DNA of 64,000 nucleotides from Balanoglossus misakiensis (Eukaryota > Animalia > Hemichordata), in NCBI GenBank assembly GCA_040954595.2, contig CM082598.2:2983154-3047153 (forward strand). Direction: 5' to 3'. The translations under genes and the position numbers were made by a program. The notes beneath the pieces are model-generated. The model worked only from the letters and a program-made list of their open reading frames with translations, searched no databases and was not told the DNA's origin. This document shows, piece after piece, positions 43,778 through 55,907 of the stretch. Position 1 is the stretch's first letter. Every line of letters starts with the position of its first letter.

Positions 43778-44291
43778 TGTAGCATTCCTTCAGTATTGAA
43801 TTAATTGAGATTTAGCCAATCACACATTTTTGCGGGGCGGTCATGCGGAAAAAAGTGCAACAAACCATTTTACTTTAGAGAGATATGCACAAGAATTCTT
43901 GCTTTTGAACATTGTTGCTGCTATTGGGTTAGATAAGTAAAGTCTTACAAATACATTTCACAGGTGGTATTTCTTTCTTTCTGGGTGAAGATTTCAATGA
44001 CCCATCAACTAAACTAACATTGCACAAACCATAGACCCTAGAGAAAGAATCTTTCTGTAGGGTCTATGCACAAACTCACTGAAGAAAATAACATCTCTAT
44101 AAACTACAATGTATATGAGCTATATGTAGGACCTATTACCACAATGTGAAACTTACCTTGAAATTAACAACATTTAGAGGTAAAATTTACATACATTTTA
44201 CATAAACAATTCCCATGCTCAAAGGTAGTCTTGCATGTAAAAAAAACCCCACTAAGTATGTTCGCTGTCCCGGACTCTGATATCATGTCCT

Positions 44292-44371
44292 TAGTCTCGA
44301 TTACCCAGACCCCCCTGCTTCTTCCAACAGAGACTAATATGGACGCAAAGGCGTCTGGGTAACCGAGACTA
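44292..44371. mobile_element. 80-bp MITE with TAG...CTA termini (Academ-like)
   Basis: TAGTCTCGATTACCCAGAC ... GTCTGGGTAACCGAGACTA: 19-bp TIR with 1 mismatch. Confidence 0.6.
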
Positions 44372-46378
44372 ATATGACCTTGTCCTTAGCCGTGTCCCAT
44401 TATGCAAATTACTCAACCATGTTCGTTTGTAATTGACACAATGTACACACGAAATTGATACATTCAACATTTCCGATAAAATAAAATAGGCAGTAAAGCC
44501 ATATTTATGCTAACGGCTTACCTGTTAAATGAAACATCATTTAGAACCGTTCATTCTCGTCGCAATGACGTCTGTATCCCTGTTATTGAGTTGAATGTTA
44601 TAAAAAATGTCGTCTGCTACAGCGCGACAGACAAACACGCGAAAGTTGGCTCCGCGAAAGCACACAATTTTCAACGGAGCGGCAGTGGTCGAGGGCGAAG
44701 ATTCACTCCATTTTGAACGTCGAAATCCAAACTGCAGAACATTCCTTGATATCCAGTAAATGTTTATCACAAAACAGGAACGATATCCAATGTTCAACAT
44801 GCACGCGACGTCGGCAACTTGCAACATTTTGTGGGACGAACATTTTTGCTAAATTGTAGCGGTTGCTTCATACTGTCGCGATTCCAGACATGATAAATAA
44901 CGTCCGCGAATATATTATATAAAAAAGGATAACTTTCCAACACGTCTTCTGGGATTATATCCAAAATAACGGGCAAGAAAGACGGCCTCGCGTAAATATT
45001 CCTACCTGTTGCATGCATAATTAGCTTGACATGTGCGCAGTGTACACAGCGCACCCAGCGGTGGGGAAAAACGCAATGCTATCGTTTGTCACCCCCACCC
45101 CCTCCTCTCGTCAGTCCCGGTACAGTCTCAGCGTTTTTTAACAGTTTGATATTTTTATGTAAAGGATTTATCCCAAATTTGCACAATTTGATTTACAGCA
45201 CAGCATATAGTAGCCGCGAAAGGGGGGGGGGGGGGTATTAACATGGCTTCTTGTATGCAGGATAAATGTAAACTTTCCAAAGTTAACCTTTTTTAATGTT
45301 TGTGGCACTTTTCAAGGATTCATTTCCATATATTCCAGGTCTGGCTGGCGGACACTATACTGGGGGGATATGGTCAAATACTTCTCCAAAAAATATAAAG
45401 TTCAATATTAAATTTAATATACATATACAGTAATGAATAAGTACATATTTGGCAAAAAATATACAAGTACACTTCATATAAATCACATTCTCAATGAAAA
45501 TGAATTGTATTGCCTCCAAATATTGCATAATGTATGCATTTCATATCATACAAATAGCATCACAGGACAACATGTGATTTTTTAACTATGGTAACGTCTA
45601 GATCTAGCTTATCCCTACAGATAAAGATACATGGTCACTATCAGAAATTAGAATTTCATAACATTCTACATTTCTTATTTCCTATACATGTATATACATA
45701 TTTTATTATCTATCTCTATATTGGTTACTTTAGAACATGGAAAGGTCAAATGCCAGGGGTCCAATGTCACTAGAAAAGGCAATCTACTTCACCATGAATT
45801 CAGAATTTTGTCAGGTGGATATTTACTGTACACAGGTCAAAGGTTAGACATCTACTTCTGCTAGTACTACAATATCAACATAGCTCTTGATGCACAAGCG
45901 CATTAAGCTTCTTTCATATATTTATATAATTTATTATCTATACATGTAGTTCTACTATAGCTGCCTTAATAAATTGGCAATGGTCTGCTTTGAGAGATCA
46001 AACACTAAATACTAGTATAACATTTGTTTCACGTCTGCATATGTACATGCAACACCTACCATCTAATCTTATAATTCATAAGCCGGGGTCAAATGTGAAG
46101 GGTCACTTACAATCATACAATAGCACATAATGTCAAAGACATGATTCAATCATGCTCACGTGTTTACAACTGAAACATTAAGTTTCATATGATATTCAGG
46201 TGGCTGCTTTGGGGAATACGTTTGGTACGTTTCCTGGCATTCTGTTGGTCGGAAATTTCAGTACTGCTCAGGTTTTTACTGAATATGAAAAAAAGTTTTA
46301 ACATGTTGCTGTTCTTCAGGTTAACTTGAGAGGTCACGTTTTGGATTCTGCTGATATCAAAGACTCGATTTTCAATGT

Positions 46379-49300
46379 TCAAGAGTTCTTCATGGCGGCG
46401 ATGCCTACACTGACCCCCAGCGCCAGAGCCGCTGCTGAACTGACGCTGAACCATGGTGCTGCCTCTGTCTGGGTGCTCATTTCCTGCGTCACTACCTCTG
46501 ACCCCTGACCTTCCACCCCTGCATCGGACCCTCCAACACCACCAGATTCAGTGTCGGAGATATTAATCCCTAGCATGGCTGCCACCACGTCGCTGTTGTC
46601 GAATTCCAACTCGGGACTCGGCATGTCTTCGTCCGAGGTCTGCGTGCTAACACACAGGCTCGGACCCCCGTCGGGCTTTCCAGACGGCTGACACAAAAGA
46701 GTTTTCTGGTCATCCACCACGGAGGGTGGTATAGTATCCACATTGGAACTGTAACCAGATTCGGTCTCAAGCAAGGTGTCGACATCCAGGCTTTGCATAC
46801 CCCCGTCAAAGTCGCATCTTTCCGGTAAAACTCCGCGAGGCACCGACTGCCCCGGGCCACACCTCTCAAAGTTGCTAGGCGTGCCCCGCAACAGGTTGCT
46901 AGGCGTAACCCGGTGGGGTTTTCCCGGAATGAGGAACGGCTGACCCAGCTCTTTCCAGGACGGGCTAGGGGGTCCGGTACTGGGGTCGCTCACCTCCGAA
47001 CCGGAGGACTTTCTTGGAGGTAGAGTAAGATACAAACCATCCGACCAGGGAGAGTTTGGGATGGACTGATCGCTAGGAGTGCTGTACAGCTCAGCATCAT
47101 CTTGAGTCATCCTGTACACAGCCTCCTGCAAAATAATTACATTGTACAATAATTGATGAGTGACTAGAATGCCATTCATTGATACATCCCTTACAAAAAA
47201 CATTCTGTAGACATCTATAGAATTCTATAGCCTATTGAATTTCTATAGAAGTTAATAGAATTTCTATGGACATCTATAGATTTCTATGTAGTTTTGGACC
47301 TGTTTTCTTTTGAATACATGTACATGTATTATAGAAGAATCAAAATCTATAGAATGCTACAGAAATCTATAGAACATTTTTTGTAAGGGATGGAACGTTA
47401 TAAACATCTCTGTTGTAACTTTTGGCTGTTTTCACCATTTTACTCTCTGTATCAACAGCTGTTTTAGATCTGGAGAATGAATTCAAATCAAAACTCAAAC
47501 TTACCCATCCTCCTTGTTGAATGATGAAATTGGCCATGTTCTCTTCGATCAATTTCACACTGTATTCCGTCAGTCGACCAATGCCTCTCTCTCCCTTCTT
47601 CACCAATCCAAATGCAACATGGCGGCTAAAATTCAACACTGATGCAACCTGCCAAATAATTTACAAATACATCTGGATGACATGAGAATGCCATATAAAT
47701 TTGTTGATTGATTAATTGATTGATTGATTGATTGATACAAATATTGATTAGGCAACGCAAGCACAAATATCTGTTGTTCAAATGTCGCTCTTTAACCCTT
47801 TCACTGCCATGGTTCAGTCCAAACCCATTGTTTTCTATGGTAAGGTTGGACCTCTAAAAGAGGGAACTGGGGGTGAGAGGGCTAGAGGACAACCTTCAGA
47901 GACCACGTTCACCATCCCTACAGAGTGAGACGCGAACTTGCCTGATGCCAACCGCTGGAGGTCGTATCGCTCTCGATAACGTCCTTGGCCGCTTCCTTGA
48001 AGACGTCGTAGGTCACGTTCGCCGGTGGGAGTCCCAACAGCTTCCTGACGGCCGAGTTGAGTTCCCGTTGGTGTTGGTGTTCCTGCATGATCTGGTCGCC
48101 GATTGCGGCTATCCGACTGGCCACGATCGCCTCTGGACTCGGTGGCGACAGAATCCTGGGACTTGCCGTCCAAACTCTTGGTGATGCTGCAGGATACAAA
48201 TGTCCAACAAAATGCAAATCAGTCGAACAATTATCCCGGCAATTTTCCGGGACAGTTCTGGGGTTTCTCTGATGGTTTTCAGGGAGAAGTTATGTAAAAT
48301 ATGCCTTCTTTACTTTCATTTTATTTTACCCACAGCAGTTTCGCCAATCTGCCAAGAAACAGCCCACCCAAAGTTTTTAACATTTGTTTAGTTCAGATCC
48401 CTAAGCCACAGCCGAGAGAAATAGTTATGAATAGTTAATAAAACTGATAGCAAACAAAATAAAAACAAACCTTCAAGCAACACAAGAGAAAGAAAGTTGA
48501 CAGTTATCAAATCTTCTCGCAGGCAATGTCACTGGGGAGTTATGACAAACTAAGGAAAAGTGAAAGAAAAAAATAATAATGAAGTGCTCAAAAATGAACT
48601 TGAAACTTGTCACTTGTGAGACCATGCACACCCTTGAAACTTGTCTTTTAGAGCATTCCGATGATACAGACAAAGGCACACTGGACTGAACCACTCTACT
48701 CATGGGTAGAAACTTACGGCAGCCTCGCTCCTCATCCAAAGCATCCAGCTGTTGCGAGAGCTCTTCTCTCAGCGGCATGACGAGGCGCGTCAGCTGAGAT
48801 TGTTTGCCGCTGACCTCGCGGTGGTCACGGTTACTGTTGTCGGACGGTTCCACGTATTCCTCGATGACGAACTTTGGCGTTCCTTGGCTCTGTCCCTGTG
48901 AACTGGACTCTGAAATCTGACGCTCTGCTTGCTCTGAAAAATTTGTACATTAATCTCTGTTATACAGTCCTGTTTTTTTAACTTGAGAAGCAAACTATAT
49001 TTAAAATGTTAACCTTTGTTAAAAGGACAGATTTGCTCACTTTTTGTATTATTTTTGTCCCTCTTACCCTCTCACTCCAGTTTCCCATTTTACAGGTTCA
49101 ACTTAACCTTAGAAAATAATAGATTTGGAGTAAACCATGGAAGGGTGTAGGGTGGTAATTTGAGTTGGTTATTTTACTATGCATCTCACTGTCAGCCTAG
49201 GTTTAGAAAATAGGAAATGAGCACTTCATCAAGACTGTACCTTTAGCGAGTTCTTCTGCTTCGGTCACCAACTGTCCTTCCTCCTCACAATCATCCACAG

Positions 49301-49749
49301 TGTTGGAATCACACGCGATATCTGACTCTTCCAACTCCAAACGGCCGACGACTTGCAACTGGCTGTCCGGAGAACTTGTAGACCTCATCACATCCTCTTC
49401 CTCGTCATCGTGGCCGGAACTGTCGTCCCGATCTTCGTTTTCCGAACTATCGGACTCCAGTTCCAGACTCGGCGGCACCAAACCCATATAGCTGAAAGTG
49501 CATGCAGTGTACACAGTTGAGAAAGCTACCAAATAATTTGACGTTGCCCGCAGGATATTAAAACAGGAAAACTCAAAGGGTAAAAACCTGTAGCAGGGAT
49601 TTTTCATGACTCCACCTTAACCAGCTTAGTACAACAAACGATATCACCCACCTTAACACCACGTATTTGGTCTCATTATGAAAACCGTCCGTTGCCATGG
49701 CGTCAGGTTCTTCACGCTCTGTTCTCTTCAAGGCCTCTTCCTCACTCAT
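46379..49749 (-). CDS. BCL2L13: Bcl-2-like protein 13 (Bcl-rambo), ~566 aa, C-terminal mitochondrial TM anchor
   Basis: Exons 49749-49652, 49491-49241, 48933-48718, 48186-47942 (GC donor), 47648-47505, 47125-46379; total 1701 nt. GFHNETKYVVLSYMGL matches the Bcl-rambo BH4 GFHYETKYVVLSYLGL. Also BH3 RIAAIGDQI, VTYDVFKE, SGWHQ, BH2 ANFIIQQGGW, a long acidic/Ser-rich insert, and a hydrophobic tail AAALALGVSVGIAAMKNS. Confidence 0.9.
47205..47372. repeat. Degenerate TCTATAGAA-type minisatellite/palindromic cluster in a BCL2L13 intron
   Basis: Repeated (AT)TCTATAG(AA) units. Confidence 0.6.
47796..47881. mobile_element. TTAA-type MITE, family copy 3 (reverse orientation)
   Basis: TTAA|CCCTTTCACTGCCATGGTTCAGTCCAAACC...GGAACTGGGGGTGAGAGGG is the reverse complement of the 9193 family. 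Confidence 0.65.
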
Positions 49750-51288
49750 CTCCCTGGTGATGAGAGACAAAAAATTATCTATTAAGTTTGTATTTTGAGT
49801 AAGTTGGGCCAAAAAATTACAAGGAAATCTGAATGAATGAATACATGGTGTGATCCTTCGAAATCCTCAATGAAAATCACGATTTCTCATTCATTCAATA
49901 ATTCGTCACTGTTTTACACAAATTTCTCGTTCGATCAACAAAATACCGCACCGGGATTTAATTACTGATACTTTCTATTGTTTCCAAATTACCCATCTTC
50001 ATTGTAACGAGGGAAATAAACATCGCGAGGCTCTGAATTTCCGAAATTTGGATGAATTGAACCGATCTTGAAATGAAACACAAGGCGACTTCAGTGTGCC
50101 GAGGTCACGTCGAGGTCACCCGGGTCCTTGGTGGAGGTCATCACAAACGAACATACATTTTTCGACAACGAGCGCTTAAAATGCCACACTGATACACCTT
50201 AACGCTTCTTCATAACCTATGCAGTCGGTATGGTGTTTAACAATATTAAATAACAGCGATATAACGATAAAAATCGGATGGGATACAACCTACCCTTACG
50301 GCCTTAGAACACCGCCATTGTGAATGGTGTATCTTGGGAATGTAGACAAATGAACATCGCGTCATCGCCAGATACGTACGTGACCTGGGATCCTTCACAA
50401 GTTTCTGGCATAGGCGGAGGCCTCTACCAAGCGCCGTGTGATTCATATAGTCTATGAAAATATTCGATTATGAGTATTACTTGCTACACATTTTGGCGAC
50501 AAGGTCGGAAACGAGATAAATCGCCATCTCTGGAAACTTTTTGGTCCGAAATTAATATTATAGCCCAGAGGGACTGTGCCCTTGCATACACGTCATGCCA
50601 ACACTTTCTTTTTCGTTCCTTCTTCTTTCTCTCTCTCTTTCTTTCATTCATACACCTATCAATCCAGTCAATAAACGCATTTCATTTATAAAACGAAGTT
50701 TGTTGCGAATAAAAACTCTGCCGCTGGTATACTTTGTCCTGGTCACGTACTCGCGTGGTTTAGGCCTAATTATTGTGACTGTAAGACTAACTATTGAATT
50801 CTGTTGACACTTTCCACCTTTAAATAGTCGTCCGGATATAGCCCTCACAATAGAAATAATTATGGAAAGAGTTTTTGAGGGCTTATGAACAAATTAAACG
50901 GTGAAGTGTTTACAACTAGATGACGTTCAAGCATAGATACTGTAGTAAGTACAGTGGTCTACGATCGATACCGAATCTTGCAAAGGCATATTTTTCTTTA
51001 AATTTCACGATCGTATCAAAAGCTGGTCCAAGTTTTACGGAGGAAGTATTTCTTAACATATTCAACCGCTGGAATCCTGAATGGTATTCAGAGAAGCATA
51101 TTTAAAACATTGTATTTGTAATATGCTAGAATTCCATTTGCTGAGATTTCACACAGCAGATTCTAACGTCTTCAGCGTCTGATGGTAGGCAATTAATGAA
51201 CTCCCCCCCCCCCCAAAAAAAAAAAGAAACGAAAGTATTTGCAGACGAGTTTGAATGAGTTGACAATGGTAATCATCCCAGTCACAGC

Positions 51289-51401
51289 TCCCCAGTGGCA
51301 CAATCGGTTAGCGCGCCGTACTTATATGACAGTGCAAGGCGACGTCCATTGCTGCATAGAGAGTAATGCGGAGGTTGTGAGTTCGAGCCTCACCTGGGGA
51401 A
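51289..51401 (+). tRNA. tRNA-Ile-TAT: tRNA-Ile (anticodon TAT) with 39-nt intron (51327-51365)
   Basis: Acceptor stem TCCCCAG/CTGGGGA plus discriminator A; D-arm TGGCACAATCGGTTAGCGCG; anticodon stem CCGTA/TGCGG with CT-TAT-A; intron at the canonical 37/38 position; T-arm GTGAGTTCGAGCCTCAC; downstream T-run Pol III terminator. Matches the metazoan Ile-TAT pattern. Confidence 0.9.
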
Positions 51402-52101
51402 CTTTCTTTTTGTTGTCATGACTTCAAAAACATCGCGTGCAAAATTTCAAACAAATATTTTTTTTTAATTCAGAAGCCAGTCGGGAATGCTGGACAGGTG
51501 TATTGTTATTTTGTATTCAGAAATGGTATTTTTTTTACAAAAATATGATTCATATAGTGGGTGGATGGGTAATTTTCATATCCCCCCACGACACAGCTAC
51601 GTTTGAACAGCTAGGATAAACCACGTACATGTATAAACGGAGTACACTAAATGATGCATTAAAACAAAATTTTATATCAATAGCATCATTCAACTTGGAG
51701 AAGGGTGACGCAGGGATGTATTGTTTGTGGATAATGATTAGTGAAGTTTTCCCGTCGATTTTAAAATTACAGGAAGGGCACGTTCTTGTGCATTGTATCA
51801 CATCGGTAGAGAAGAACAAATAAACAGGTGCGGTGCTTTACAGTGTCTTCATTCCTTTATTTCATGTCATGAACTTGCCACAAACATAGGACAATGCAGT
51901 TTAGTGGTTCTACAGAGAAAAAACACAAATGCAGCTATTTAGACACGATATCTTTAAAGTGACGTACATACCAAATTTGCGACGTGGACAAATTCAATAC
52001 ACACAATGAATTAGGTCTTTTTATTTCACTTTGGCAAATAGCTAATTAACCATGTTCAGGTGAAACGTTTAAAACAAAGGATGTCAATTCACCGCAGTGC
52101 T

Positions 52102-52109
52102 TATAAAAG
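52102..52109 (+). promoter_or_regulatory. TATA box of secreted peptide gene A
   Basis: TATAAAAG about 90 bp upstream of ATG 52192; the same TATAAAAGCG precedes paralog B at the same distance. Confidence 0.7.
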
Positions 52110-52191
52110 CGTTAACGGTGCACTTGGCAGTACAAGCAATCTATCTACGGTACCCGCGGCTGCAGACTCTCAAAACATTTACAGAGTAATC

Positions 52192-53075
52192 ATGAAGCTT
52201 GTTCTTATATTCGCCACACTGTTTGCGGTCGTTCTGATAACCCAGGTTGAGGGCCAAGGGGACGAACCGGTAAGTACATACCACAGGACTTCTTCAAAAG
52301 TCCGAATTCCCAGCAGTAGTGACATTTTAGGATCGCCGACATGTGGCGCAGTTCTGAGAAACGTCAGAGATGCGGACAATTAGTATAGGGTCAGCGCCCG
52401 AGCCAAGTAAATTGTTTGGTGCGTCCAAAGACAAAGACTCTTTGTCTGTGGTGCGTCGATGTTGCACACCTGTTCCGTGGCCGCATGGCGTAAATGACGC
52501 AATCACGAGTGTTTTGGTTGGCCTGTGTCAAATGTGCGCAACGTAATTGACCAATCAGAATTGCGCAGGGGGTCTAAATTAATTGGCCGAACCATGGTGA
52601 TAGCTTATTGTCACCTGTGTCCGTCATTGTATGCTGTCCGAACTGTTTGTCCGCACTGCAATTTCTGTTTTGGGCTGACTCTGAACAACGCTGTTGCCAC
52701 AGCGGTGAAGCAAGTGTATAAACACAAATGCGCTCTAAAATATATCTACTGCTACAAAAGCTTCTACACACCCTTTCTTTCAACCTGTAAATAGGAAGTG
52801 AAAGATACTGACCTGTTAGAAGACTTTGAAGAATATCTCAAGTCCAGACAGGAGGAAACGCCAATGAGGAAAAAATGTAAGCAGTTAGATTATGTTGTTG
52901 CTGTTGTTGTTTTTGTTGTCATCGTCCACAAACAGTCTTGGCATGAGATTAGTGACTTTTTACCAAGAGGGTGACCGGTGAGAAACAAAAAAACTTCTAC
53001 ATGTATTCAGAAACACATTCTAACACCTTTTCTAATCATTCCACAGCTTGTTGGAAGTCTCCATGGAGATGTTGA
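52192..53075 (+). CDS. Small secreted prepropeptide A (62 aa): signal peptide, acidic propiece, RKK cleavage site, Cys-bridged peptide SCWKSPWRC
   Basis: Exons 52192-52269 (MKLVLIFATLFAVVLITQVEGQGDEP), 52795-52876 (EVKDTDLLEDFEEYLKSRQEETPMRKK) and 53047-53075 (SCWKSPWRC*). GT-AG introns, phases 0 and 1 match, TATA upstream, paralog downstream. Confidence 0.75.
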
Positions 53076-54298
53076 GCGCGTTTATCCCACACTGCCGGAA
53101 TCAAGCAAACTTCCTCTGACGACGGATAAATGAAGCCAAATTATATCTTAATTAATCCCAGGGAATATTGACAATTCTTGTGTGAGAGTCTTTCAAACAA
53201 TTAAGGAATTTGACAATTTGTCAGATAATTGTGTATCTTTGCTACAAAACGTTTTCTCATAACTTCACATCAACAACTCTTTGAAGAAAAGAAATGTCTC
53301 GAAATGTAATCCTTATAACTTATTTTGTTCTTTTTCTTTGACTGCCCGGCGATTTTACTAGTTTAATACTTATTTAATTCGCACCTGTTTTTTGTTGTAG
53401 TTGACAAAGAAATGAAAATATAATACATTTATGCCAACCTCGTCAGTAAAAATGATTCGGCAATACAGTTCTGAATAGTACCACTAAGCATACATTATGA
53501 GGTCTTGAGTTTTATTTATATAGTGTCGACTTTTGTTTGAGAGAGAGAGAGAGAGAGGGGGGGGGAGAGAGAGAGATGACATCACACCGCGGTTGCCCCG
53601 TTTTCGTCGCCACGGATTTTTTGTCTAAATCCGTTGTTTTCTCAGACAAAGTTTTGTCTCGACTGAGGGAACTATATGGGTGAAGCTGTTTGCTTTTCTC
53701 CCTGACTATGATTGACAAAGTATTCAACGAAGCATCCAGGGACCCGTAACGTCATACAAAATATTATTTTACTTTCAAAAGTTCTGCAATATTTTCCTGA
53801 TTGGCTTGTTCAACCCTGGGGAAAAGATCCTGAATGGTTTATCTGAGAACGTGTTGTAACTGTGACGACAGCACAGCACCAATTAATATTAATTGAATAA
53901 TTTTTCCGGAAGTTTAAAGCATTTTTCGAGCAGGGTTTAGAGCCTGGAACGACGACAATTAGTAAAGTATACGCATCGGTTTGGCCTCTGGTTGAAGAAA
54001 CGGCACGTTCCTGAGTATTGTGTCGCGTAAATGTGGTACCACTTCCCAGGAAGAAAACAGCCCTTCGTGCTTCGATGACGAGCCGCAAAACGTGAGATTC
54101 GTGGCTCTACAGACAAAATCAGTGTACGGACTTTGTGAAAAGACAGAGTATACCCTTTACAGTGTTTTAAAACGCACGTGGAGCACATTGTATGCACAAA
54201 GACTGCGGGACCGGGTTTCGTGACTGTCAATTAACCAGATGCGTTTTCAACTGGACCATTCGGCACGAGTGACAATAACAACCAGTGAAGTGTTTATG

Positions 54299-54306
54299 TA
54301 TAAAAG
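54299..54306 (+). promoter_or_regulatory. TATA box of secreted peptide gene B
   Basis: TATAAAAG 90 bp upstream of ATG 54389. Confidence 0.7.
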
Positions 54307-54388
54307 CGGCTTTGGTTTGAATTGCATGCTGCATATTTTCGCAGAATTCGAACCTGTTGCCTGACCTTCTATTTCACTGACAGAAACC

Positions 54389-54902
54389 ATGAAGTACGTT
54401 GTTATACTCATATCCCTGTGTGTACTCGTTCTTGTAAGCCAGGCCCGTAGCGACGAGAGAAAATATGATGACGACGACGATGACGTCGACATGGTAAGTA
54501 CTTCTAAGCAAAATTTTCTCTCGTGTGCGAGCGATTTTTTATCGAGTTTTATTTTTGTTACTTTAGTGTCGTTGAGCAAAATATCCAACGTGTTTGACGT
54601 TTTTTCCTGGGTGAAGAAAATTACTCAAAACTGCCACACACGATAGGAAATAGTTAAACAAAGTTCACTGAGTGGTTTTTTTAACTCATATATTTTCTAT
54701 GGTGTGCGATAGTATTTATGTAGCTAGCTATCTATGTATCTATCTATGACTACGGTTACTGCTAATACTACCTTCCAAATACATGTACTAGTATCCTTTC
54801 TTTCAACTTGTAAATAGGGAGTGAAAGATACCGACGTGTTGGAAGTGATCGAAGACTATCTCAATGCCAGGCAGCTGGAAGAAACGCCCAAAAGAAAAAA
54901 AT
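54389..54902 (+). CDS. Small secreted prepropeptide B (paralog of A); mature-peptide exon 3 not found, possibly truncated
   Basis: Exons 54389-54493 (MKYVVILISLCVLVLVSQARSDERKYDDDDDDVDM) and 54818-54902 (GVKDTDVLEVIEDYLNARQLEETPKRKK). Exon 2, its acceptor (CCTTTCTTTCAAC.TGTAAATAG) and its donor (T|GTAAGCAG) are homologous to gene A. Confidence 0.65.
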
Positions 54903-54956
54903 GTAAGCAGTAAAACTTTTGCTAATCGTGTTGTTGTTATCGTTAGAGCATACACA

Positions 54957-54959
<3 letters not shown>

Positions 54960-54989
<30 letters not shown>
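54960..54989. repeat. (TG)n microsatellite
   Basis: About 15 TG units. Confidence 0.9.
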
Positions 54990-54991
<2 letters not shown>

Positions 54992-55907
54992 CGTGAATTA
55001 CTATACCATCGAGGCCATATGCATGTTTTGGACCGTGCGTCCGAGAACCCAATTCCTCTTCGAGGACCTGAGATATAGTCCTCGAAGGTAACATAAGCTG
55101 TATCGGCCTAAGACCCCCTAAGAGTGTTGTAAAATTAATTTGAAGCTAGTCCTCGATTGTGCGCGAGTGTATGATGTCGTCTGTTTCAGCACACACATTT
55201 TCATCGAGTGCCATTTTGGGACTTGGGCGCCCCCTACACACAATCGCCTTATACACACCAACTCGTATGGCGCCTGGGTAGGATCTGACCGAAGTGTGTG
55301 TATTCAAATCTGGTAAGTTTTCAAAGTTTTCATGTCGTAAAGTTTACAAAAAATGTGAACAAATTTACAAGTTCGTCAGTGCACAGGCCTAGGAGGGAAA
55401 TTTAAACATTTAACAGCCAAATTTAACTGAAATAAGAACTACACGAGGTCAGAAAAATACGATAGCTTTACTAATACATAAACTCCGCACACTGGACATG
55501 TATAAGTCTTGGTCACGTTCATTGGCAGCCATTTTGTTTTGGATAAATTGACACGTTACACATATGATCAAGCTATCTTTCGGGAAACAAGCTCTGTGGC
55601 CCTACAGTCTCAAATATATTAGCACAGCCTCTATTTTCAGTTCCTGTCCACTGACATGATAAATTTCTAAACTGAGCAAACCGTTGATCGCGATTTCGGG
55701 TTTGTTACTAAATATAGCTGCACGCGCGTGACTTTCAGACAAAAATGCTGAAATTCGGACAAATTTTGTTGTATGTGCGGCTGTTGTTGCAGCTTGTAGT
55801 CTCAGTCATCAATTGATACAAATAAGTGTGACGCTAAATAGCAATTATAACACTCGCAGGTTTTATTTTCGTCGTTTATGCGGAAAATGTGGACAAATGT
55901 TTATTTA

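Noticed and set aside
49993-50002. ATG AAG ATG G|GT as the first coding exon of BCL2L13
   Set aside because: Its phase-1 donor does not match the phase-2 acceptor at 49753; it is more likely a 5' UTR exon with uATGs.
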